Notes under the pieces: generated by a model | The model's database searches: none | What the model was told of the DNA's origin: nothing | The model's input: only the letters and a program-made list of their open reading frames with translations | In this document: positions 40,131-53,355 of the stretch, piece by piece | How positions within the stretch are numbered: the first letter of the stretch is position 1 | Layout: each line of letters opens with the position of its first letter | Position numbers and translations under genes: made by a program | DNA from: Phoronis australis | Lineage: Eukaryota; Animalia; Phoronida | Length of the DNA stretch: 64,000 bases | Assembly (NCBI GenBank): GCA_002633005.1 | Contig: NMRA01000078.1 | Span: 319,868-383,867, forward strand | Reading direction: 5' to 3'

Positions 40131-41039
40131 CTGTGGCACAAACACACTTTTTAACATATCATTCAATACACAATTCCATTCGCGAGAACAGAACACGCAT
40201 GATGCAGATCTTCATGAATGGCAAAACCACACCAATATGGACGAAAGTAATTGCTAAAATCAACCTTCTTTTGTTATTTTTCAAAAGCTTCTAGCAAGGT
40301 TGTTCATGCTCAAAGTTTCCTTCTGGCAGAAATAGTACAGGATAGAACCTCAAGCCAGTTTCATTTATTTGGCAGTGCTTATCTTCTATGAGCATTTTTA
40401 AAAAAATCATTTGTCCACATATCATTGCCCAAACTATTGTACCATAACTTGGATTCAAGTTCTGCAATATAGTTGTTCCAGTCTGTGCACTCCGCCTTTC
40501 AGGACAGTCGGATTTCACATGTACACTTTGATATGACCTCAAAAGTTTTACTGTAAATGCAATAGTTTTACTTGTGACAGGAATCTCCACGGTTTGTACA
40601 AAACCAGTACTAAGCCCAGTGCTTGAAAAACTAATGACACAAAGAATTTCGTTGCTCAAAACAAGGAATTTGTACCTTACACTTCATTGCTCATTAAATT
40701 CAATGCTTACATTCTTTAACAGGCAAACACGTGAAATGTTGTTTTCAAAATGTTCCACACCGAGTGTTGCCATCCAAAAATAATTTGAATGAGACGCTAA
40801 AGTTCACTAGGTGGCGCCACCTGTATAAGATGCATGCACATTCAGGTAGTCAGGTGATACACTTAACCCATGAAAATCCATTTAGCAGGCGAACAGATTG
40901 TTCTCATGTTGTTCAGATCATGACTCATTAGTGCCACCTATTGAACGTTGAGTGAACTAAGGCCTCACAAGAATGTGATTGATGACTGAACAAAACTAGT
41001 CTGCATATTTTCAACTTTCAGTGCAATAGGTGTCGCTAC

Positions 41040-41153
41040 CTGATCCATGTTGGCTACAAGACTCAGTAGTGGAGGTGATCCACAGGTGTTGCTGTCTTCA
41101 CTCTGAGCACCAAAACACAGGCGATACCAACTGTCAGCATTCTCAGAGGAAGG
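41040..41153 (-). CDS. GEMIN2: GEMIN2 coding exon 5
   Basis: tttcag|CCT acceptor, CAG|gtagcg donor. Encodes PSSENADSWYRLCFG...SPPLLSLVANMDQ (Gemin2 PKSEDEEGWKKFCLG...PPLLSIVSRMNQ). Confidence 0.93.
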
Positions 41154-41192
41154 CTGAAATGAGCAAGACAAAGGAATCCAACATTAAAAATA

Positions 41193-41573
41193 CTGGGCTT
41201 GGAATGACCAATGACAGAAAACGCGGAAACTTTTAGGTCGCCCGTCGACTCCGAATCTACACACTTTTGGCTGCAGAGCCGTAGTATTTGTCACCGCGGT
41301 TTACGTTTTCAGTAACACGAGACGCCATTGAAAATCCCACCACGCTATCCCAGATGCCCTGGCAATGTTGACAATTTACGTTCCTCCGAAACATAAAGAG
41401 TAACTTCCGCTTTTCGAGGTGAACGTCGTCTGCAACGCCGCGGTAAGAAAGGAATTTGCCGCGGAAATTTTATATCAAATCCGATTTTTTTACGCGGAAA
41501 TATTATAAAATGCGCGGAAAGAACATTTGAAAAAAGCGGAAATCCGCGTTTCCGCGGAAAATTCCAAGCCCTG
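41193..41573. mobile_element. hAT-like MITE in a GEMIN2 intron
   Basis: TIRs CTGGGCTTGGAAT and ATTCCAAGCCCTG (12/13), with repeated subterminal CGCGGAAA motifs. Confidence 0.75.
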
Positions 41574-41873
41574 AAAATATATCCCAGATACTCGGTGAAA
41601 GTTTGTGCACACATATTTAAGGAGCGTCATGTCTGTTTGCTTGTCTATGTTAAAACATTTTTGACTTTATTCACACAAAAACGGTCAGAGATTTGTAGGA
41701 TTTGTTTTAAGTAGTCAAGAATAAAAAGCCTCGAGCCATTGTTCACTTTTAAAGCACCTATGAATGCCAGTACCAAGGACACAAATATTTTTCATCCTAA
41801 TAGCTGTGTAATACCAATAAGCTTGTCAAGCCAAAAATCAGTGTGTCAAACTAAAGAATTTTTACTGACTCAC

Positions 41874-41930
41874 CAAGGAGGACTTCTTCACTTTCTTTTT
41901 CTTGCAGGCCAACTTGTACTTCACTAAATT
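41874..41930 (-). CDS. GEMIN2: GEMIN2 coding exon 4
   Basis: ctacag|AAT acceptor, TTG|gtgagt donor. Encodes NLVKYKLACKKKKVKKSSL; phase 0-0 and fills the expected segment of about 20 aa. Confidence 0.85.
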
Positions 41931-42617
41931 CTGTAGTGACAATAATGGTATTTGCAAGAACTCTTTGTAATGAATCACAATTACATGACTTCCAATAATA
42001 CCCAGTCATGAAAAGCTTAAAGTGATCGTCTAAGCTAGATTTTTTAGTGATAGTGGAGACTGGCTGCATTTGATTGACTTGGCCCGTTCCGTCGAATCAA
42101 CTGTTTAAGACATCAGATTGATTCCAATGACGATTTCCGGTTTACAGACTAATCAGATCCTTAGCCGGTCAGACAACACAAGTACAGAAATGCAAAACTA
42201 AAGCTATAGTCGATAGCTACAGGGTTACTGTGTCCCAGCAACTATATTCTGGCAAAATACGAATAAGGTAGGTAAGCCAAAAACCATAGTTGATTCTGGT
42301 CTGTGGTCAAGTGTGCCAGGCGGTAGATCATATTGCCCTGGTTTTACAAGCCATGATTTTAAAATCTTGCTTGTGTACATTTGTGTAGCTTTTAAAAAAG
42401 TTCAAAATCTTGGCAAAAATTGATGCGACTGGGAACTTTTTTCATGAGTCGAGATACAAACTAGGACCAACTATGCTTTTTGGCCTTATAGTAATTTGAG
42501 TTCTGAAAAAAATTGAGTTCTGAACACGGTGGATAACATGGAGAAAATTTTGCAATTTCTTCCGAATTTACCGTTACACTCTTTGAGCATCCAACAAGTT
42601 ATTGAACTGTACTGCAC

Positions 42618-42707
42618 CTGTCGAACTTGAGAGAAGTCTGCCACTTGGTGTCTCTGCCATTCAAGGCTGGGTTTGTATCCACTTGGGGCTGGGAGACATC
42701 CATTGGA
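42618..42707 (-). CDS. GEMIN2: GEMIN2 coding exon 3
   Basis: ttttctag|TCC acceptor, CAG|gtgcag donor. Encodes SNGCLPAPSGYKPSLEWQRHQVADFSQVRQ (Gemin2 [28 protein letters not shown]). Confidence 0.95.
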
Positions 42708-43829
42708 CTAGAAAACAGACCAAAAACCCTCAGTCAGTCTCTCATAACAAATGTTTCCAGATTAAAGAAGAATTTCACCTTTTTGAATCCATTTTTTGTC
42801 ATATTTTAATTACTCCAGAAGGGATCTTGAACCTCTTTAGTCGATTTTCTTACAAACAAATAACATTTTATTAAATTTGAAGTGTCGTGCTGTGAGCAAA
42901 TTGCACGATGCAAACACAGTGCGCCTGAGTGGCACAATCCCTGATGGTATTAGTTTTATTCCCTATTTCTGGTATAATTTCTTTTAAGTCAAATGGCAAA
43001 TTAATATGTGCTTAAGCTGAAATTACCAGATGTCTCGGCCATTAAACACAGTAATCAGAACAGAAAAGCCGGCATTCTCAAAAGTTGCAAACTGTGTCAC
43101 ACTTATTTCTATTTTCACGAAAATGGAACAAAATGGACTCAAATATCTTTTATAAAAAGTACAAATTGCCAACTTGTACAGAAACGAGTTCAAAAAGGGT
43201 AAATAAATGTTCCAGTTTAGGAATCATCAAAACAGAAGAATACATTTTCAAATGAACCTGGTATTTCAGATACATTTTTAGCGCAAAAAGTCTCAATGAA
43301 AATGTTGCTGGCTCACACTGTATGTAACATTTGTAGATCTTGTTAACACCGCAAGCAAGAGTTCCAACTATCCTCAGAAAAATAACAAGTTCATTTTGGG
43401 CTTAGAATTTTGCAGACGACGGTTGTAAATCATGAGTGTCATCAACACAGTCACATGACCTGCAAGGTCAGTGAAAGTAGTTCTTTGTGTATTCTGCTCT
43501 TAGTCATACAGCTGCCTAACTTAACACAGCTTAACAAAGGGTTTATGCACCTGGTTGAGAATATAATTGTGTTGTACATTATGCATTTCTAGACAGGAAA
43601 CAAGTTCATACTGACAAACAAGATCTAAAGACAATTGTGGTCAGCAAACGGTGTAATGTTTAATTAAACACTTGACAGACAAAGGAAAATTGTCAAACAA
43701 CGGTGGCTGAATTTAAGGCTTATCACGACAAAATTCTGTATCTCCAGTTGTAGAAGACACATGAGAATGTCCTGATATTGCAGTCATCTCACTCAGAATA
43801 CCATTACACCATGACAGGAGTTATCTCAC

Positions 43830-43917
43830 CGAGTCAACAACAACCGTCTGCTTCCTGTTCAGAGTGCCAAGGTCAAGGTCAGCCACCACTACATCAGGAC
43901 ACTGCTTGGCTTCATGT
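43830..43917 (-). CDS. GEMIN2: GEMIN2 coding exon 2
   Basis: tttaaag|A acceptor (phase 2), TCG|gtgaga donor. Encodes HEAKQCPDVVVADLDLGTLNRKQTVVVDS (Gemin2 EAAQCPDVVVA). Confidence 0.95.
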
Positions 43918-44933
43918 CTTTAAACACAGATTAGAAAAGATGACAGTACAACCCAAACAATAAATACAGTTCAATATTTTTAACAAAGTCAATGTACTTG
44001 GCACAAAACTACTAGGAAAAACAATTGACAATACTTTCAGAGATGACGGTTGTTTTTTGAGATCAGGCTTGACGTCAAACTGATTCAACTGGCAAGAACG
44101 CTATGAGACTAATATCAAGCAATGATGAACTGCCATTTCATCCCCAGAAAACACTTGTCATTTGAGTAAGGAACAAAAAATGAATGGTCTAAATTGAGAC
44201 ATATTTTTGACAGAAGACGAGAGCAGCTGACTTCCATACCTCGGCATGAGGTAAGGGCATGTCAGCCAAAACGTCATGATAAGGACTCCTGTGAAGCCAA
44301 CTTAATCTGTGCTAAGAAAAAGAAACCAACTTTTCTGATTTAGACAACTTGATGCTATAAAACTGACCTTGACTTGTTCCTGTTTCAAATAGAAAGTTAT
44401 TTCTGGGCTTGGAAAGATAGTTGAAGTTTAAGGATTGCACATACCATGATTCGCCCACAATAGTCAACTTGTCAAGTCTGGTGAGTGGTCTCACACAACA
44501 ATGAACTGTCACCTTGTCCCAAGCCCAGGATTTGCCTCCAATTTGTGCAAAGAACAAGTGGGGACCAATTTTTAACTGCAAGTGGTCTAAATCAACCGAC
44601 AAAGGTCATTTTTAAAGGGAGCAGGAATAATAGCACCACTCCAGACATAATGAACAGGAAGTGACGTTTGGGACCTGAAATTCGGAAATGCCAACCGAGA
44701 TTTTGGCCAACTCGCATTAGTCACACGTGTACTCTAACTAGCTGCCTTTTTTCTGTTTTAGTCTGCAACATTTCATGAGCTAGATTTTGTAAACTGCAAT
44801 TTGAATTCTACAAATTCCAGAAGCGATCAGGATCGCAAATGACAACCTACTTGATGTTAATAGCGTCAAGAGCTCGTTTTATTTTATATTGTTGAAAAAA
44901 TAAATCAGTTTCTTCCAGTATCCAAACCCTTAC

Positions 44934-45061
44934 TGAACTCTCTTCAGGAACTCTACTCCACTGGTGGGTGGTAAGTGCAGCTCATAGTTATCCAGTTCAT
45001 CATTCAACTTATTGCCATCCACATGGAAGGCACGAACACACAACCCTTCCTCGTCGGACAT
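44934..45061 (-). CDS. GEMIN2: GEMIN2 coding exon 1 (ATG at 45061)
   Basis: Encodes MSDEEGLCVRAFHVD...LPPTSGVEFLKRV, then CA|gtaagg donor (Gemin2 PP.T..EYLRRVQ). An in-frame upstream stop and a pyrimidine-rich acceptor at 45144-45145 suggest a non-coding exon further upstream. Confidence 0.92.
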
Positions 45062-47349
45062 CTCACTAGAATACACGTGCTCTAGCAATGGTTTAGCAAA
45101 TCTTGATCTCAACGTCCTCTGCTCAGAGTTCTACCATTGGCCACTGAAAAAAAGTTATTTCAAAGTTTGATTTTGTCACTTCGAAATAAAACTTCTATCA
45201 CAACCAATGAGAGTTACAGGTTTACTTTTCACTGCAGAGGTAATTTAAAGATACGTGCTCTTTAAAAGTATAATTTCAGAAACTAGACAACTCATGTAAA
45301 TGTTATTCAGTGCTAAAATCATGTTCCAAAATTTGCTTTTTCTATGCAGCAAGGTATAAAACAGTCAATGTAACACCTTCACAAACACTGGTGCAACTTT
45401 TCAATATGAGGACTACATATGGCGACTTAGATACAAGACAAAAATTCTCTGGCTTTGTTAACTTGACTTATAAGACAGAAAAGTGCTTGTTGAAAGAGTA
45501 GCATTGCCATACAGCATGGTCCATCTAGTGGCTTGGAAGTGCAAATGAAGGTGTGTCAAGAATGTTGTGTTCTGATTGGTTAGTTAAGTCATCAGTCAAA
45601 ATCCTGGCGATAGACTGACCAATCACAACATCTGCCTCCTAGCAAAAAGTCACCAGCAGCGTGTTGTCTGTCGGGTAAAATGGCAACTTGGAAACGCTAA
45701 CAAAGGTGTGTAGAGAATGTTGCGTTCTGATTGGTCAGTTAAGCCGTCAAGTCAAAACCCTGGCGGTAGGTCAATTTACACACCAAGACAGTTCTGCTTG
45801 TCATATCATCCTAAAACATGTTGAGTGCTCGGCCGGCAAGGTTGCTTTCAAAATCTAAGAGTCAGCTGACACTTCCTATGCCATTTAAAAGAAACACACC
45901 CTAGTAAACGTCGCAATCTAGTATCACTCTCCCGCTTTTGCAACAAAGAAAATTCTTAGCCATCGGCTACAAAACAGTCTGTCAGTAATAAGCGCACAGC
46001 TCAATAGATGTCCTAGTGCTCAAAGCATATGGTCATAGGGTCACTCCACAAATTTACCAGCAGACTAACCCAAAGCGACAATATTTAGCACTGGTAACCA
46101 ATTCAGGTTACCCAAAAGGAAGAGGGTAGTACTTTATGACATGAGCTTTTTCACTCTTTATCCAGAACAATCCAAAGCTAGGGAGAACAGCATTCTTCAA
46201 AAATTTTAGAAAATGTGCATGTAATATACATCATTAGAAAGCTCTTTTCGAGACTAAAATAACGATAGTAAAATTTTTTAAATTGGACTTATGGTTCCGG
46301 AGAAAATGTCATTTTCGTGTCAAAATTTTTGGTAAAAATTCTGTCAAATCGAATCTGCGAGTTCAAAATATTATTATTTCAAAACTAAGAAACGTAAATA
46401 GACATGTAATACATCATTTTAAAGAACTTTTTATGATGAATAATTTGCCAAAAAAACCATTTCGATTAGACGTTCNCTTTCACGAAGTTTCACGTAAAAA
46501 TTCGCGAGTTTAGTCTTCTCCTGGGTTGAAAACCAAATAGCACTCATTTTTACCGGCATCCATTTTGGTCTGAAAAATTGGTCACGTCCCTGCAAAAAAC
46601 TCGTGCAAAGTATCATTAAACGAATTTTGCGACAAAAAAAGATTATCAGATAAGTAAAACAATATATTCTTTCATAGTTTTCAATAATTTTTATTCACAT
46701 TTATTACATTTTTGAGTTATTTTTTGCCGATTGTAGTGAGCGAATTTAACACGGTGACAGATACGCGAAGCGATTCGCTGAAGAATGCTGTCCTCGCTAC
46801 CAAAGCAGACATATATTTGTTCAGCTTTGTGACAAGTCTAAGACTAGCCTGCACACATCTGCATGTATGTTTTGCAACCTGTTACTATAAATAGTTTAAA
46901 TGAACATGTTCATCTGCTTTTGTTAAGCTACAAATTACTCTAATTCAAAATATTCATAGGCGAGAGGAAAGGCCCGCCTCACGCAGACGGCGACGGCCTC
47001 CCAGAGACTTGTACATTGACTTGATTCCCTTTGGGCTTTGAGGCTTTGGGGCCGTTATATCCGACCAGTGCCAAAGTAAGAGCATCACAAAGTTCACAAA
47101 CCGTCGAGGGTTAAAACTACTGCGACTTCAAGAGGAATGCTTTCCCTGATCACCGTCACAAAATTTAACAAGATCAACACTCTTTAAAGTCATCGTGCTC
47201 GTTGTTTTTCGCATACTCGAGGAAGTTGACTCGTTTTTCTGTTTCCATTTAGTGAAAACCACCTGTGTCTTGCGGTCGCCAAAGTGCGAGTGTCGCTACT
47301 GGCGGGAATTTCAGTCGCCGCTCGTTCTTCTGAGCGACTTTTACCAAAG

Positions 47350-49157
47350 ACAGCGCGTCGCCGGAGTCGTGTACAGTTGTAATGACCGCATTGTCCGGAT
47401 CGAGCAAGACCCAATTAAGTGTAATTACCCCACCATAAACCGTAGTAACCAACTCTGCCTGTACATATTGGCGAATTTTCAAAATGTATTAACCAATAAT
47501 CTTCATTAAAAACGAACACCACGGCGGTATTCAGCTGGAAAAAAGAACCAAGTATGGTTTTCGATTTTTAAAAATCGATGAACTAATAAGCTAAAAACAT
47601 TGGGTGCGTATTGATATACTCGTTGGATTTACAAACGCTGATCAGACTTTCACATGCATTATTCTTTTAATATTCTTTCAATCTCATTTATGATTATCCA
47701 TATTTTTTACAAAGAAACAGTTGTACTTAACTTGTGCCCACTCTTCATTTTGTATGACTGCCATCAAGCTAGAATAGTTAGTCAGTGCAAGCGAAATTGT
47801 CCACAGATTCCAAATCTTCAGTTTGACCACCACCATATTTGCACTTGTGTATACATTTTATGATTTGAGTTCTAATAAAGATTAAACTTGAACTAGTGAC
47901 ATCTGTAGTTTTGTTTGCTGTGAAATGTTTAGTGTAGGTGTAATATGGAAAGTTCAGGGATGGTTTCACACTTAACTAAACTAATTAAGTTTTGCTGGCG
48001 ATCAAAATCTACCATCTTTTGTGTACTTCAAATTTAAAAATAAAATAAAACATATCAACCCGTTTAACGGTAAGAAAAAGGTAGATAGGAATATTAAAAA
48101 TGAAATAACAAACACCGGTATGAAACATATTTATCTTTCCTTTAGGAAGTGCCCCTTTGTCAAGATAAACACAAATAAACTTTTCCAGTCTTTTTGTAAT
48201 ATTTAAAACGTGGAGGCAAGTGGAGATGGGTGAATGTGGGTGAAGGTGGGTGAAGGTGGGTGGAGGTGGGTGGAGGTGGGTAACATGTACAGTTTTTACC
48301 AGGATTAAAGAGAGCGTGACTCCGGAGTCGGATACGGCTGGGATGACTGCTTTGTCCGTTGCAAGCAAGACCCAATTAAGTGAAATTGCTCCACTATAAA
48401 CTGCAGTGGCGAATTTTCAAAATTCATTAACCAAAATTTTTGTCAAAAACGAACACCACGGTGGCATTCAGCTAGAAAAAATAACAACCAAGTAATTTTT
48501 TCGATTTTAAAAATCGATGAACTCATATGCTAAAAATTAAAAACATTGGGTAAGATTGAAGATAAACGACCGTGTGTATTGATACAATCGATGGATTTAC
48601 AAACGCTGATCACAGTTAACAATATCACGTGGATTATTCACTTTATTAATATTCTTTCAATCTCTTTTAACCAGATTTTAGATTAGGAAACAGTTGTGTT
48701 TAACTTTTGCCCACTCCTCATTTTTATGACTAACAAACAGCTATGAGAATAGTTATATAGTCAGTGCAACCGAAATTGTCCAGAAATTCCAAATCTTCAA
48801 TTTCGCTACCACCATCATTTTTACTTTTGTATACATGTTATGGTTTGAGTTTTAATAAAGATTAAATTTGAACTAATGGCACGTGTAGTTTTGATCGCTG
48901 TGAAATATTTAGTGCAGCTGTAATCTGGAGAGTTCAATTAACTAAACTAATTAAGCTTGGCTGACGATCAAATTCTACCAATGTTTTGGTACTTCAAGTT
49001 TAAAAATAAAATAAAAAAGATATCAACCCGTTCCCGGTAAAACACAGGTAGACAGAAGTATTAAAGCCGGTATGAAACATATCGTTCCTTTGGGAAGTGT
49101 TCCTCGGTCAAGATAAACACATCAAATTAACTTTTTAGTCATTTTGTAATATTTAAA
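47350..49157. repeat. Diverged about 850-bp tandem duplication (about 47350..48208 and 48312..49157) separated by a GGTGGGTGAA-type simple repeat
   Basis: Colinear blocks: GCAAGACCCAATTAAGTG, AACGAACACCACGG, AAAATCGATGAACT, GGATTTACAAACGCTGATCA, CCGGTATGAAACATAT, GTCAAGATAAACACA. Confidence 0.9.
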
Positions 49158-52100
49158 GTACCAAGTTAAAACTACTCTCCACAGTTGCAGGCTATATCTC
49201 TAAAATCAATTTGGGTGTAATAACAACCATCATTGTTGAAACAGTGGTAGCTATTACCTTTCCATTTCATTAGCTCAGATCTACATCAATACAAAGGGCG
49301 AGCTGGATAGGCATCGTAAAAAGTGTCTGGGGCTGAGGGAATCTGAGCAGTGACCATTGTAAGCGAGAAATTCTCCACATGTATAATGTTGATCCTGGTA
49401 AAAGCCGTTCAGAAGGACGAGCGGTGAAAATTGCCGCATATTTTAGAAACGCGTGACTTCTTGTATGCGAATTGCTAGTTGCTCAAATAATTTTCCTAAA
49501 TAACTTCTAAACAGTCATTGGTAGGTTAACAAGGACAGTGCAAAAACTTTGATACCTGTGAAGAGAAGTGTGTGCTTAGGGGAGTATCTCAACCTTATTT
49601 AGTGGCCTTTTAATTATCGTATATCGTAATCAATAAACAGGCTAAGCCAACTAATAAAAGTATATATTTTCTGAAAGAAAAATATCAGAGTTTATAAAAA
49701 TATGTATTATATTTATGTGTCATTATCATTATTATGTTAACATCTTTTTAAAAAGGTGTTAACGCAATAATGATAATAGTAAAATTTCACTTTAGAAAAG
49801 ACTGTACATTCATAGCAAAATAACCCCTTTCTCGATTTTAATGAAACCCTTTATGAATGAAACTTCACAATTTACTCCAAACGCTGTTAGGAATTTTCGA
49901 TCACTCATTTAGGTTTGTTTTTATGCCAAATTAAGTCGCGAAACGTAAGATATTTTTGGGAAAATAGCAGTCATATTCGTCTATCTTACGGTACGCAAAA
50001 ACTAGACTTGTAAAAGGAAAATCCTAACAGCGTCCCTAAGTTCAAATTAAGTCGATTTGCCTAAGCCGAGAAAAAAACCCGGAAAACTTAAGTCTTCAAA
50101 ATCTGACTGTTATTGCTTAATTATTCGGTGAAAACTTGTTTTTGGTCAGTATAACTCATATATGCCTTAACCATGTTGGCTATTTCAACATTCACTGACA
50201 ATGTCAACTGAATCTACAATGCGTAATAAACTTAACATTTAATTTTTGAATGTGCCTCGGTGGTTAAAGCGTATCATGAGCACGAGATCAAAACAGCGAA
50301 ATGTCAAATTACCGATAAAATTAACGAATTTGGGTGAGGATTTATCTCCTTTCACAATTCCTGCTGTGTTCGTGAATACAAAGTCACAGAGTCGGTGCGG
50401 CGACTTAGACTCTGTTCATTCGTTCTCGACGGTAGTATGAATGCAGACGCGCAACTTCTTTAGAACCACAGTTACATTTTGTCTTCGTTTTCCGCGGCAT
50501 CATTCTATCCTATGTACACCTTGTTGGCTTGATATTTAATAATTGTGGCGACTCGGTGAACGAAAGGCCTGAGGGTACGTACATAACTGATCTAGATGCT
50601 TGGAGGGAGATTCGATTTGAGTGACAGCCCTGCAAACTTTCAGTGACCTCGTATATGTACTAAACAACTTTTCACGTGGTTGAAGGTGGCTCTGTTAATC
50701 TTTTTTTTTCTCGCTACACGGTTTATATTTCGTATTTGAAATTCTACCAAGAATGAAGATACAGTATTTTGCTAGACATAATTATGTAAAATATTGTAAA
50801 AACGAACAATTTTTGTGAATAAGGTTTGAGATTTCCTTAAGTCAAAATTTCTTATTTTTCTTCCGAAACGGACTGCTGAGCCAATAAAAGCTCGACACTA
50901 TTTTTAGCATTTTCTATTCTAGTTTTGTGAGAACTCAAGGTATATGCTTGAGTACTTAATGGCTTACGTGGATAACTTTGTAATTGCAGTTTGCACTTGA
51001 TTCCCCATAACGGAGGCTAAAGGGACGAGTCTGAACTCGTACTCGAGTTTTTAGTGTGAATTTAGGGCCATCAAGTGCAGACGTGGACTCAAATGCATAT
51101 GCTGTACAGTAATGTACTCGGACGCAGACTAATAACCCCTCATTTTTAGTCCGCACAAAAGTTATTAAAATAACCCCGGCAGAGCTGGATTTGCGCTTAG
51201 ATGCGTTTTTGGGTGGAAGTGGGCTTCTTCATTGCGCGGGTTGAGGTTTCCCCAGGGATTTCGGCCGGGCGCTTTCAAAGCCGCGACTCGCCTGCACTGA
51301 CCGCCGTGTACTCAACCTCCACGGCTACAGGAGTACTAGGTTAGACCACAAAACCGTCATTCAAAATTTGCAGGGTCTACAAATCCGTTTTCCGTTCAAA
51401 AAGGGAACTTTAAATTTAGACTACTCGCCGCGAAACAAATGATCTCAACTTGTCCTTTTTGAAATGAGAAGTGATTTTGTCCACCGTTTGCAAAGAAGTG
51501 ACAATTCGTTATTCGTACTTGTGAAGCTACATGTAGATCTCAAGAGATGTGATGGGAGCTGTCAAAAACCTTAAAATCATCTCCACTTTGACTGAGGAAC
51601 AATTTACTTCACACCCAATTTATAGCGGCAAGTGGTCTCAAAAGTTTTTTGTGTTGGAAGGCGTTATCTTAGAATATTGTAACAAGACTCAAAATTTCAA
51701 CTACAAAATTATCGAATTGGTGCAGATTCGTGACGCTTTAGTTGTGTCTCGAACCAATGACGTCACTCCCAGGTTCTTACAGCGTTTTGAGCAAAGGTCT
51801 CTAAATTAGCTATTTCTAAACTTGGTAGAACATATCAATCCCTCCAGGGTACCTTCATTCACTGAAGATGCCAATAGACAGCTTATTGCTAAGTGATATC
51901 AAATCGTCTCCTGGTTAAAAACATTTTGCTGTAAAGCTTAGTAGCTATTATGTCTTGGTCAAATACCATGGGTACGATTTGTCAATGGCATGGCTGTAAA
52001 AGGGATGGTAAATTCCCGGAACTCTTGAAATACAAGTGGATAAACGAAAAGCGCTATAGATTAGGTATTCCAAATTTTCCACAGTACAGTTTTAATAATA

Positions 52101-53355
52101 CCTGCAATCGACCTACTAATGTGGGGAACCCCTTGGTTTCGAGAAATATGCCACTTTAAATGCTCTCAAGAACATTTTCCTTCTAAAAATAGGATTAAGC
52201 CCCTTGTGACTTCATTCGCTAGTGATGTAGGCTCGTCATAGCTGTGATCATCGATGCTTAAATTTGAAGAAGGTGTGCCGTAAAATTTAGTTCCGATAAC
52301 AAAATAGTTAAGGTTAAACAAGACCTCATCGACAAGTTTGCGTATTAATTTGGCCAATTATCTACAAAACTGCAAAAATCATCTCCACTAAAGGAAATAT
52401 TTTCTGAGAGTACTAATGTTGCAGACATTGATTTTTAACTGCATACCAACCTATCATTGACTGGGTCACATGACCATGTCTTTGTAGTAAAATTTAGCAA
52501 AAAAGAAGTTGCTTGCTTTATGAAACAACTCTATCAATAACATCCGATTCGTCAAATTGCAATTGATGTAAATGTTCACGTTGAAATCTCTTACTTTTCT
52601 AAATACGCGTCTCGTTATCGTTTTATGCAACTTTCATTAAAAAAATCGTATTTTTTCATATACAAAATTGGGAAATTTTAGAAACAATTTTTATCAGAGC
52701 CTAAGGGAATAGTATCTGAAAGTTTATGTATCCGATCAGTCAAATCTCAGATATGATGATCCGAAGCTTGCCAAACTTTAACATTTTTCTACAATACCTA
52801 ATGTCAGGTTTTCCACTATTCTGATTCGGTTTTCCTGAAAACCTCAAAACGTTGATTTCAAACTAACTTGCTTATTGTGATTGTCCAGCTTCGCTCTTTA
52901 TACTTTTCTCCAAATAATTGCAGATCAATTTTTGAAAGGTTTGCTCAGTTTGTTTGCCACAAAGTTCGATGCAACACTCGCGCACTCGAGCAGAAACAAG
53001 AAACCCATGCTCGTTGTTCATTCCATTCGTCTCAAACACTGGCGTAGGTGGCTTCTTAGCGCCCCCAATTTACGTAATGTATTGGGGACGATCAGGAAGT
53101 CGGACGCCTGTGGTCTCAAAGTTGAATAATTCGCCATTGAATACCGCGGGCCTTGGAACGTTAAAAACAACTCTCTGGATCCCAAATTAGAACTGCATGA
53201 CATGTTTAGTTAAAATAAATTCCATAAAAAATCGATAATCTAACAGTAGTGCCTGAACATAATACACAAACTGAAGTCAATGAAAAGTTTTGAAGAACTT
53301 GCGTATATTTTTAGGCATATAAAATGTGCTCTTAAAGGTAGTTGACGTACATGTA

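Noticed and set aside
46956-47100. RNase P/MRP RNA (start ATAGGCGAGAGGAAAG resembles H1 RNA)
   Set aside because: I found no CR-I or CR-V conserved regions forming P4; it is better explained as a promoter or first exon.
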